DNA of 63,984 bases, filler included, from an uncultured bacterium (GTDB taxonomy: Bacteria; CAZSTA01): the NCBI GenBank assembly GCA_964609495.1. It is 7 parts of 7 records of this genome, joined end to end, with 100 filler letters (N's around TTAATTAATTAA, not from the genome) between each part and the next. Parts side by side here need not be neighbours in the genome. Positions count along the whole stretch, not along the records: positions 36,960 to 45,959 come from CAZSTA010000154.1; positions 46,060 to 55,042 come from CAZSTA010000155.1; 5 more parts are not named here. The stretch is one strand, 5' to 3'. How positions within the stretch are numbered: the stretch's first letter is position 1; each line of letters starts with the position of its first letter. The notes under the pieces were generated by a model, which was not told the DNA's origin, searched no databases, and saw nothing but the letters and a program-made list of their open reading frames with translations. Of the stretch, positions 41,507-50,530 are shown piece by piece. A program made the translations under genes and the position numbers.

Positions 41507-41685
41507 TGAACTCACCTTAAATCACCCTCCCCTAACCCCTCCCATCAAAGGAGGGGAAAATAGAGAGTAACTCCTCCCATCGAGGGAGGGGGGAAACTAA
41601 TCTCATTAAGAGAGGGGCTTAATTATGTTCCCTCTCCCCTCGCGGGAGAGGGATAGGGTGAGGGGGATTTATATCTTGAACTGAC
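41507..41685 (+). repeat. dispersed palindromic repeat, copy 6 (longest)
   Basis: TGAACTCACCTTAAATCACCCTCCCCTAACCCCTCCCATC...GGGAGAGGGATAGGGTGAGGGG...TATATCTTGAACTGAC. Confidence 0.9.
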
Positions 41686-41688
41686 AAT

Positions 41689-43488
41689 CTAAAAGCTGAG
41701 CTTGGAATTACTTTTCAATATCTTCTGCTTTCCCTTTCCTTGATCAAAGACTAAGGCACTCCCTAATATCTTTTTAGCTTTATTCTTAAGTTCCACTGCG
41801 ATCTCTCCTACTTGAGCATAACGTGTTATTTCTCTATACTCATTGGAGATAGCAGCCAAGGAGATCGACATCAGAGTATATCTTTCAAGCTGCCCCTTTC
41901 TATTCTCGGCTTCGATATATCCTCTAGTTCGAGCCTCGGCATCGTAGTAAAGAGGCATAACTTTATCGAAGGTTCTCATAGTATAAACACTAACTGCTTC
42001 TACCTTATCCGGGGTAGTTATTATAATAAAGTCATCGCCTCCTATATGTCCTATCAGATCGTTCTTATTCCCGTGTATAGCCACTGCCTCAGTTATAATC
42101 CTGGATGTTTGGCGGATAATCGAATCTCCCTTGACGAAGCCATAAGTATCGTTATAGGCTTTGAAATCATCTATATCGGAGTACAAAACGACGAAGGTCT
42201 CCCCTCGCTCAATACGTTTATCTACCTCCCTCCCAATGGCGACGGGACCAGGAAGCTCACTAGTGGGATTAATGTCGATCTCTAATTCTCTCCTCTTTAA
42301 AAGAGTAACCACTCTCATCTCTAGCTCTTTAGAAGAGAAGGGTTTCGCTATATAATCATCAGCTCCCATCCTAAGACCTACGATCTTCTCACTGGTATTA
42401 CCTAAGGCTGAGACGAAAATAATGGGAATCTGGTTGGTAGCTCTATCATCTTTAAGCTCTTTGAATACCTCGTAGCCATCCTTGGTAGGCAGCATAATAT
42501 CTAACAAGATGAGATCTGGTTGTTCTTCAATAGCCCTCTCAAACGCCTCAGTTCCATCAAAGGCTTGGGAAGTATCATAACCAAGCCCCTCTAAAGTGAA
42601 GGTAAGTATATTAGTGATATTAGGCTCATCATCAACTATCAATATCCTCCTTTTTCTCTCCTGCCCCCTCTTTGTTTCAACTAAGAGCGTCTTTATCTTA
42701 TCTATAAAAACTTCCCAATCTATCGGCCTCTCCAGAGTGAAGTAATTCCCCCGCTTGTCCAAGTGCATATCTTTCGAGCCAGAAAGGATCACAATAGGAA
42801 TATCTTTAGTATTGGGATCGCTATTTAATACCTGAACTATATACTTTTTATCTATATTTTCTTGCATATCCAAGCTTTCGACATCTATGAGAACGATATC
42901 AGGAAGGACTTGGCGAGTCCTATCGAGAGCCTCTTCTCCACTATTGACTCGCTCTATCTCCAATTCTTGCTTCCCTAATCTATTCTTAATATCATTAAAG
43001 AGGTTATCATCATCTCCGACGAAGAGTAGCGTCTTATTCCCCTTTCCCTCCACCCTAGCTAGAGGTTGGCTATAAGAGGCGAGAGTTCCTCTCTTATCCT
43101 TTAGTTCGATAGAGAAGCGATCCCTATCAGCAGAGATCTGATATTCAGAGGAGGTGGCATAATCTTTGGAGATGATAAGGGAAACTCCTGATAATCCGCC
43201 GTCTTTATCTCGAAGGGGTAATATCTCAATATCCAAAATAGAATCTCCTACTTTCACCCCCTCTTTTTGCTTACGCGAGGGGATGTCACGGAGGATATCT
43301 TTAAGAGGTTTGATTTCACTTATCTCTTTTCCCATAGGATCATCTGAAATCCCAAGGAGTTTTCTAGCCGCCTCGTTGATAAACGACACTTTATTCTCGC
43401 TGTTACTTATGATTATACCTTCATTTGTATGAAGCAAAGTTTCATACAAATATCTATAGTCCAGTTTATCATCATTTTTCTTTCCCAT
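41689..43488 (-). CDS. PAS-REC-REC-GGDEF(GGDDF) signalling protein
   Basis: PAS (EGIIIS..FINEAA), atypical REC, canonical REC (IVDDE, LLDIMLP, KPF), DIDDFKAYND...GHIGGDDF. Confidence 0.9.
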   Translation of the reverse strand: MGKKNDDKLDYRYLYETLLHTNEGIIISNSENKVSFINEAARKLLGISDDPMGKEISEIKPLKDILRDIPSRKQKEGVKVGDSILDIEILPLRDKDGGLSGVSLIISKDYATSSEYQISADRDRFSIELKDKRGTLASYSQPLARVEGKGNKTLLFVGDDDNLFNDIKNRLGKQELEIERVNSGEEALDRTRQVLPDIVLIDVESLDMQENIDKKYIVQVLNSDPNTKDIPIVILSGSKDMHLDKRGNYFTLERPIDWEVFIDKIKTLLVETKRGQERKRRILIVDDEPNITNILTFTLEGLGYDTSQAFDGTEAFERAIEEQPDLILLDIMLPTKDGYEVFKELKDDRATNQIPIIFVSALGNTSEKIVGLRMGADDYIAKPFSSKELEMRVVTLLKRRELEIDINPTSELPGPVAIGREVDKRIERGETFVVLYSDIDDFKAYNDTYGFVKGDSIIRQTSRIITEAVAIHGNKNDLIGHIGGDDFIIITTPDKVEAVSVYTMRTFDKVMPLYYDAEARTRGYIEAENRKGQLERYTLMSISLAAISNEYREITRYAQVGEIAVELKNKAKKILGSALVFDQGKGKQKILKSNSKLSF

Positions 43489-43574
43489 ATCTCATCTCCT
43501 CCAATCTGGATCCCTCGGTAATATTTACTAAGCTTGATATAGATTGGAGATAGTGAAGAAAATTCACTTATTAG

Positions 43575-43603
43575 ATATTACCAATTTATTTCAGGTTTGT
43601 CAA
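43575..43603 (-). promoter_or_regulatory. sigma70 promoter for GGDEF gene
   Basis: TTGACA-N17-TAATAT. Confidence 0.65.
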
Positions 43604-43643
43604 TAGTTACGTTTCCTCCTAGCTCCTGATATTCGGTGTAATA

Positions 43644-44996
43644 TCATTCATCATTGCCTCTTATAGCCTCAGCTATGTTTTCTGCCAAATCCTCTAACTC
43701 TCTCATATCTGGTCCCTCAACCATAATTCGAATTAAGGGTTGGGTGCCCGAGGGACGGATTAAGACCCGGCCTCGTCCCTCAAGTTTTCTCTCTGCCTCA
43801 GCGATCGCTCTCTCGACCTCCTTGTCCTTCCTCCATCTTCCCTTATCTTTAACTTGAACGTTGACCAATAGTTGAGGTAGCTTCTTCATAATACTTGCTA
43901 ATTTAGAGAGGGACTCCCCCGAAGCGACTAAACAATTCAGAAGCTGGAGAGAAGTAATTATCCCATCTCCGGTCGAACTATGATTGAGAAAGATGATGTG
44001 TCCGGATTGCTCTCCTCCGAGAATGACTCCTCTTTTGTGCATCTCTTCCAGAACGTATCTATCTCCCACTTTAGTTCTGATCATCTTAATTCCTAATCTG
44101 GAGAGGGCTATCTCTAATCCGATATTACTCATTACCGTAGTTATCAAGGTATTATTGACGAGCATATCATTATCTTTAAGATAGTTGCTACATATAGCCA
44201 TAATCTGATCTCCATCAACTATATCCCCTCTCTCATCCGCTAGGATAACGCGATCAGCATCACCATCGAAGGCTAAACCCAAATCTGCTCTATGAGCCAA
44301 GACGGATCTCTGGATCGTTTCGGGATTGGTTGAGCCACAGTTAACGTTTATATTCACCCCGTTTGGTTTATCATAGATAGATATTACCTCTGCTCCTAAA
44401 CTTTGAAAGAGGTAAGGTGCTAGATTGTAACTTGCCCCATTGGCGCAATCCACAACTAACCTCAAACCCTTAAGATTCAAATTCGCGGGGATAGCACTCA
44501 AGACGAAATCCGAATATCTTTTGTTGGCATCTTCAACCTCCCGAATCCTTCCCACCTCTTCACCAATAGGGCGATAATCATCTATATCGCCATTTTTGAT
44601 TATGTTCTCTATCCTATCCTCTAACTCATCATCTAACTTAAATCCCTGGGCAGAGAAGTACTTTATACCGTTATCCTCCATAGGATTATGGGAGGCCGAG
44701 ATCATCACTCCCGCATCTGCAGAGAGATCTTTAGTCAGAAAAGCCACAGCCGGGGTCGGCATTACACCCACTCGTAGGACATCCACTCCTACTGAACATA
44801 TACCAGCGATCATAGAGGCCTCCAGCATATCCCCGGAAATCCTGGTATCCTTACCAATCACTATCCTTGCTTTTGTCCCTTTGCCCTGAGAAAAGAGAAA
44901 AGCTCCTACTCTTCCCAGCTTAAAAGCCATCTCTGGGGTCATCGGCTCTTGATTGGCTATCCCTCTCATCCCATCGGTGCCGAATAATCTCTCCAT
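43644..44996 (-). CDS. glmM: phosphoglucosamine mutase
   Basis: LFGTDG, ISASHNP, DGDADR, GGEQSGH; cdaA-cdaR context. Confidence 0.96.
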   Translation of the reverse strand: MERLFGTDGMRGIANQEPMTPEMAFKLGRVGAFLFSQGKGTKARIVIGKDTRISGDMLEASMIAGICSVGVDVLRVGVMPTPAVAFLTKDLSADAGVMISASHNPMEDNGIKYFSAQGFKLDDELEDRIENIIKNGDIDDYRPIGEEVGRIREVEDANKRYSDFVLSAIPANLNLKGLRLVVDCANGASYNLAPYLFQSLGAEVISIYDKPNGVNINVNCGSTNPETIQRSVLAHRADLGLAFDGDADRVILADERGDIVDGDQIMAICSNYLKDNDMLVNNTLITTVMSNIGLEIALSRLGIKMIRTKVGDRYVLEEMHKRGVILGGEQSGHIIFLNHSSTGDGIITSLQLLNCLVASGESLSKLASIMKKLPQLLVNVQVKDKGRWRKDKEVERAIAEAERKLEGRGRVLIRPSGTQPLIRIMVEGPDMRELEDLAENIAEAIRGNDE

Positions 44997-45017
44997 CTAT
45001 ATTATCTATCTCCTCTC

Positions 45018-45446
45018 TTATTCCGATTTTATCCTGCTTATGATTCTAACCGGAACTATTTTGACCACTTTTACATTGGGAGGAGCGTAGGCTACTATAT
45101 TCCTAGAAAATTCCTTATTAATCCCTTTTAGATCAATAGCAGCCCTTATATCGCCCTCTTTTAATCCTCTGAGTTCTTCCTCCTCCCCGCGAATCGTAAC
45201 CTGAATCTTATCGGGAATTATATCATCTAGATCCCACTTCGGGGGATGTAATACCTCTAATTTCACCTCAAGGATCATATCCACTTGGGGATTAGTATCA
45301 TTCGTAGTATTAAAGTCTGCTCGCTTTTGATAAGGCAAGATGGGGATATTGATAATACTAAAGCGCAATAGAACTGCTATGAGAATAGATAGTAGCTTTA
45401 TATCCCAATTTTCAACGAAGAATTTTTTAAAAGATGCCCACTTCAT
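45018..45446 (-). CDS. cdaR: CdaR/YbbR-like regulator (short)
   Basis: ENWDIKLLSILIA N-terminal anchor, VTIRG...AAIDL; lies between cdaA and glmM. Confidence 0.75.
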   Translation of the reverse strand: MKWASFKKFFVENWDIKLLSILIAVLLRFSIINIPILPYQKRADFNTTNDTNPQVDMILEVKLEVLHPPKWDLDDIIPDKIQVTIRGEEEELRGLKEGDIRAAIDLKGINKEFSRNIVAYAPPNVKVVKIVPVRIISRIKSE

Positions 45447-45462
45447 CTCATTAAACTTTGTC

Positions 45463-45959
45463 CTAGTGTTGAATTGCCCTTCTCCTGATTGGTTTGAAGA
45501 AGGATGTCTTCACCGCCTTAGGCAAATACAACCTCTCCAGGAGCTTCCTGAGAGTAACCTTATCCAGATAACGAGTTAAACGACCATTATTGGCAACCGA
45601 GATTATACCTGTTTCCTCTGAGACGACAATAACTATAGAGTCTGTAAGCTCAGCAGTTCCCAAGGCGGCTCGATGACGAGTTCCTAATCTGTTATCCAAA
45701 CTCGTTCCTTGACTCAAGGGAAGGAAACAGGCAGCTAATTCGATTCTATTTTTCTTAATTATCACTGCTCCATCATGAAGAGGGGTTTTGGGAATAAAGA
45801 TATTGGCCAAAAGATCGGCGGAGATCAAGCTATCAATTCTGACTCCCCCTTGGATTATATCTTTCAGCCCCATCTCTCTCTCCAGAACAATGATCGCCCC
45901 TGCTCTCTCCTGAGATAACTCGTCACACGCTTTCACGATCTCCTCTATCGCTTCCTCCC
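45463..45959 (-). CDS. cdaA: diadenylate cyclase, 5'-truncated by gap
   Basis: PLHDGAV, LGTRHRAA, VVSEETG. Confidence 0.95.
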
Positions 45960-46059
45960 NNNNNNNNNNNNNNNNNNNNNNNNNNNNNNNNNNNNNNNNN
46001 NNNTTAATTAATTAANNNNNNNNNNNNNNNNNNNNNNNNNNNNNNNNNNNNNNNNNNNN

Positions 46060-47289
46060 GAAGTTGTTGCTAATCAGATAGTAATGATAAATCCTGCTCT
46101 GGAGCCGAAGGTAGGAAGCCTTGTGATCGAATCAACTCCCCCGGAAGCGGAGGTATATTTGAATGGAGAATTGAAAGGCAAGACTCCGCTCAAGTTAGAT
46201 AGCTTAACAGTGGGAAAGATTAAGCTGGAGATAGTTAAGGAGGGATATGGTGACTGGGAAGGAGAAGTGGAAGTTGTTACCAACAGAACAACAATGATAA
46301 ATACTTCTCTGGAGCCAGGAAATGCTGAGGTTCATTATAATCTAGGGAATGCCTACTATGCTCAAGGGAAGCTAAAGGAAGCTATCTTGGAGTATCAAGC
46401 TGTTCTCCAGCTCAAGCCCAATCATGTTCTCGCTCACTACAATCTAGGGGTTGCCTATTATGATCAAGGGAAGCTAGAGGAAGCTATCTCCGAATATAAA
46501 CTCGCCTTAAAGCTTAAGCCCGATTTTGCCGAAGCTCGCTACAATCTGGGAAATGTTTACTACGATCAAAGGAAGCTAAAGGAAGCTATCTCCGAATATA
46601 AACTCGCCTTAAAGCTTAAGCCCGATTTTGCCGAAGCTCGCTACAATCTGGGAAATGTTTACTACGATCAAAGGAAGCTAAAGGAAGCTATCTCCGAATA
46701 TAAACTCGCCTTAAAGCTCAAGCCTGATTATGCTCTCGCCTACTACAAATTAGGAAATATTTACTATGATCGAGGGAAGCTAAAGGATGCTATCTCCGAA
46801 TATAAAACTGCCCTCAAGATCGACCCTGATTATGCCCCTGCTCACAACAATCTAGGGAATGTCTATAAAGTTCAGGGGAAGCTAGAGGAAGCTATCTCCA
46901 AATATGAAACTGCTATCAAGATCGATCCTGACTATGCGGACGCTAACTACAATCTAGGGGATGCCTACTATGATCAAGGGAAGCTAAAGGAAGCTGTCTT
47001 CGAATATGAAACTGCTATCGAGATCGATCCCGATTATACAGATGCTCACTACAAGTTAGGGAATGTCTATAAAGTTCAGGGGAAGCTAGAGGAAGCTATC
47101 TCCGAATGGCAAATTACTATCAAGATCGATCCTAGTGATGATATTGCTCACTACGCTCTAGGTTTTGCTTATAAGGAGAAGGGAGAAAAAGAGAAAGCAA
47201 TTGAACACTTTAAGATATTTTTAGAATTATCCAAAGATAAGGGTTTGAAAAATAACGTTAAGGAAGAAATTGAGGAATTGAGTAAGTAG
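46060..47289 (+). CDS. PEGA + TPR protein, 5'-truncated
   Basis: [23 protein letters not shown] (PEGA) followed by ~9 TPRs; frame open to the gap. Confidence 0.9.
   Translation, partial: EVVANQIVMINPALEPKVGSLVIESTPPEAEVYLNGELKGKTPLKLDSLTVGKIKLEIVKEGYGDWEGEVEVVTNRTTMINTSLEPGNAEVHYNLGNAYYAQGKLKEAILEYQAVLQLKPNHVLAHYNLGVAYYDQGKLEEAISEYKLALKLKPDFAEARYNLGNVYYDQRKLKEAISEYKLALKLKPDFAEARYNLGNVYYDQRKLKEAISEYKLALKLKPDYALAYYKLGNIYYDRGKLKDAISEYKTALKIDPDYAPAHNNLGNVYKVQGKLEEAISKYETAIKIDPDYADANYNLGDAYYDQGKLKEAVFEYETAIEIDPDYTDAHYKLGNVYKVQGKLEEAISEWQITIKIDPSDDIAHYALGFAYKEKGEKEKAIEHFKIFLELSKDKGLKNNVKEEIEELSK
46478..46718 (+). repeat. exact 102-bp tandem repeat (~2.4 units) encoding TPRs
   Basis: Identical units start at 46479, 46581 and 46683. 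Confidence 0.92.
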
Positions 47290-47290
47290 C

Positions 47291-47467
47291 CATCACGATC
47301 ATTTAATCTGTACCTCCTGTGGAAAGATAATTGAATTCGAGAATCCTATGATCGAACAACTTCAGAGGCAGATAGCTGAACAGAATGATTTCTTGGTTAA
47401 AAGCCATAGGCTAGAGATGTATGGGCTTTGCGCTGATTGTCGTAAAAAATCGGCTTCTAGCTTCTGA
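47291..47467 (+). pseudogene. fur: orphan 3' half of a Fur-family regulator gene
   Basis: Translates as [58 protein letters not shown]. In-frame TGA at 47279; no start codon or DNA-binding half upstream. Confidence 0.9.
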
Positions 47468-47501
47468 TCGCTCTTATTATTAACCCATTGAGGGGGGAAG
47501 T

Positions 47502-48227
47502 ATGCCACTTGATATGGAAAAACGTGATCAGATAGAGCAAATTTTTAGGAGATTCTTGTTAAATCGTGTCAAAACGATCCGTAGGTTAAGGATGGCCGAT
47601 TTAGACATAAATCCATTTCTCCTTCGGCTTCTCTCTAATGAGTTGGGTCTCGATAATTCAGAAGCTATTGTTCGATGGCTTGTAAACCAGAGGCTTGAGC
47701 GGGGAACAGTTACATCGTTCGGCATTGCTTTACAGGATGCTGCTAAAGTGTTCTCCGAAGGTACTGGGGTAGAGGGTGCCGATATTCTAAAAACTAAGGA
47801 AGGCAGACATTATCATATTCAAGTTAAGAGCGGACCAAACACAATCCCTAAGGATTTAGGAGTAAGGATAGCTCAACTTTTGCGTTCTGCCCAGAGACGA
47901 AACCGGGGTTCATTAGCCCTTTACGGTATGTGTTATGGCAGTAGGGCGCGTGTCAGCAGTATTGTAAGGAAATATGTGCAGGAAGAAGGCGGTGTTGACT
48001 GGATTTCAGGGAGAGAATTTTGGGAGTTTGTTTCAGATGATCCTCAATGTTTAGAACGAATTTATGACATCGCCGCCGAGGTAGGCAGGACATTCAAAGA
48101 CCCAAAGGGTCAGTCTCTTTCTGAGGTTATCGAAGTAAAAATACAGGAGCTAACGAAGGAGTTTGAAAGAATTTATGGGAAGTGTGGAAGTGAAATGTGG
48201 AAAAAATTGTTAGAAGACAATTCATGA
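47502..48227 (+). CDS. type II restriction endonuclease, PmeII-like PD-(D/E)xK
   Basis: INPFL, TSFG, GAD...QVKSGPNT, GREFWEFV; adjacent methyltransferase. Confidence 0.78.
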   Translation: MPLDMEKRDQIEQIFRRFLLNRVKTIRRLRMADLDINPFLLRLLSNELGLDNSEAIVRWLVNQRLERGTVTSFGIALQDAAKVFSEGTGVEGADILKTKEGRHYHIQVKSGPNTIPKDLGVRIAQLLRSAQRRNRGSLALYGMCYGSRARVSSIVRKYVQEEGGVDWISGREFWEFVSDDPQCLERIYDIAAEVGRTFKDPKGQSLSEVIEVKIQELTKEFERIYGKCGSEMWKKLLEDNS

Positions 48228-48236
48228 GGCAATTAC

Positions 48237-50441
48237 ATGAAATTTATTGAAAAGAGTTTTCCAGTGCAATACCTGAATCCTGTGGCGATAGCAGAAGGAA
48301 ATGCTAAGAAACCCGTTTACCAGATGCACAAGTGGTGGGCACGACGGCTGGGTAGTGTATTTCGTATGATAACTCTATCTGCCTTCGGTGATGGCGAGGA
48401 GTCAGATGATGATATATGGCATAAGTTCTGTAATGGTGCAGATCTTAACGGCGTTATAGTCCTTGACCCATTTATGGGCGGTGGAACTACTATTGTCGAG
48501 GCACTTCGGCTGGGATGCAAAGTCATCGGGGTTGATATTAATCCTGTGGCTTGGTTTACAACCAAGAAGGAGATCGAGCCCGTTGATTTGGCCGACTTAG
48601 ATACTGCATATCATAGGCTCGAAAAAAGCGCAGGAAACTTTATTAAACAATATTATCGCACGAAGTGTCCTCAAGGTCATGATGCAGAAGTTATGTATTT
48701 CTTTTGGGTAAAGGTTGCAAAGTGTAGCTCTTGCAAGTCCCGTATCAGATTATTCCCGAATTATGAGCTATCACGGCGAAAACATATCAATGTTGTTTTA
48801 TGTCCCCGATGCTTACAGATTATTGAAACAGTCGGGTATGATCCCGAAACACAATGTCCTGAATGCGGGGAGGTTTTTGATCCTCGTAAAGGAGTATCGT
48901 CGAGAGGTGTATTTTCCTGTCCCGAATGCGGAAAAGAACAGCGAATTCTGGACGCCATAACTGAAAATGGGAGACGCTTAGATATAGAATTGTACGCCTT
49001 AGAGGGTTATTGCAATCGCTGTGGAAGGTTCTTCAAACGCGTGGATTCGGATGATATTGCTCTATGGGAGCGAGCTAAGAGGGAGTATAAAGAGCACGAA
49101 GATAAATTGATCATTCCCCACCAGAAGATACCAACAGAAGGACGTAGTGACCCTCGTCCTGTGAATCATGGCTATATTCATTTTAAGGATATGTTCAATG
49201 AAAGGCAATTATTATGCTTATCTCACCTTTTAGAGGAAATCCTAAAAATTCCTGATACTAATATTCGTGAATTGATGCTTGTTGCCTTTTCAGATTGTTT
49301 AGATGCAAATAACATGTTTTGCAAGTACGAGATAAAGTGGCATAAGATTTCTCTCTTCTTTGGACTGCATGCTTATCATCCTATTGAGCGACCAACAGAA
49401 AACAATATTTGGGGAACGAAATATGGACGTGGCACTTTTGTTAAATGTTTTGAGAAAATGCGGCGGGCAAAGGTGTTTTGCCAAAAACCTTATGAACGAT
49501 TGTCCACAAGTAATAATAAACGCTTTAGCAAGCGTATAGGTAACGAACGCATAGAAGGGGATATTGTGCAAAGCTTTGATAAACTTAGGCAAGTTAAAAG
49601 CTCAGCCTTACTTCATTCTGATACAGCCGAGGACTTATCCTTTATCCCCGGTAAATCTGTGGACGCTGTTATTACTGATCCTCCTTACTTCGATAATATC
49701 CAATATTCTGAACTTGCCGATTTCTTCTATGTCTGGCTACGACTTGGACTTAAAGATTTATATCCGTGGTTCAATCCTGAACTTTCCAGTCGTCCCAGCG
49801 AGATTGTGCAGAACGAAAAAACGGGAAAGACAGTGAAATTTTTCAATACAGGGCTAAAAGAGGTGTTTAGTGAATGCCATCGTGTCCTTAAAGACGACGG
49901 TCTGTTGATATTCACTTTCCATCACAATAAGTTATGGGCTTGGGAAAGTATTGGAAAGATTCTGCTCGATGCAGGATTTTATATCTCTGCTACTCCCGTT
50001 GTGAGATCAGAGGGCAAAAGTGGATTTCACTCAAGCAAAGGGAATATTAGGTATGATTGCATTCTGGTATGCCGTAAAAGACCGAGCGCAGGGGATAATG
50101 ATAGATGGGTATCCTTGAAAGAAGTTATTTTAAAGGATGCTGTTGCCTGGGTCAGACGAACAGTTGAATCCGGGATGTTGGTTACTGAAGTAGATGTCTT
50201 TACTATCATAATGGGAAAAACAGTTGAATATTACACAAAGGCATTTCCTAATATAACGCATCGTAATGAACCAATCGCCCTGGCAGAAGCCCTCTATGAG
50301 ATGAAGGATTTTGTCGATCATATAACTGAGAGTGTTCATCTCAAGCAATCAGTGTTGCCTAAATCTTATGCTAAGAAAGCAGAGCAACTTATGTTGTTTA
50401 TAAGAGAGTCAAAGGGAAAGTATGAAGTAGGAACTCACTAA
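48237..50441 (+). CDS. Zn-ribbon amino DNA methyltransferase (DUF1156-like)
   Basis: HKWWARR, DPFMGGGTT, several CxxC pairs, TDPPYFDNIQYSELADFF. Confidence 0.9.
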   Translation: MKFIEKSFPVQYLNPVAIAEGNAKKPVYQMHKWWARRLGSVFRMITLSAFGDGEESDDDIWHKFCNGADLNGVIVLDPFMGGGTTIVEALRLGCKVIGVDINPVAWFTTKKEIEPVDLADLDTAYHRLEKSAGNFIKQYYRTKCPQGHDAEVMYFFWVKVAKCSSCKSRIRLFPNYELSRRKHINVVLCPRCLQIIETVGYDPETQCPECGEVFDPRKGVSSRGVFSCPECGKEQRILDAITENGRRLDIELYALEGYCNRCGRFFKRVDSDDIALWERAKREYKEHEDKLIIPHQKIPTEGRSDPRPVNHGYIHFKDMFNERQLLCLSHLLEEILKIPDTNIRELMLVAFSDCLDANNMFCKYEIKWHKISLFFGLHAYHPIERPTENNIWGTKYGRGTFVKCFEKMRRAKVFCQKPYERLSTSNNKRFSKRIGNERIEGDIVQSFDKLRQVKSSALLHSDTAEDLSFIPGKSVDAVITDPPYFDNIQYSELADFFYVWLRLGLKDLYPWFNPELSSRPSEIVQNEKTGKTVKFFNTGLKEVFSECHRVLKDDGLLIFTFHHNKLWAWESIGKILLDAGFYISATPVVRSEGKSGFHSSKGNIRYDCILVCRKRPSAGDNDRWVSLKEVILKDAVAWVRRTVESGMLVTEVDVFTIIMGKTVEYYTKAFPNITHRNEPIALAEALYEMKDFVDHITESVHLKQSVLPKSYAKKAEQLMLFIRESKGKYEVGTH

Positions 50442-50530
50442 GAGGAGATGATGCCTATAGGTTTGTAAGAAGCATTTCGGTTCGATGAACTCCGAAGAGG
50501 AGGGAATCTCCAAAAATTTTCTATTAGGAG

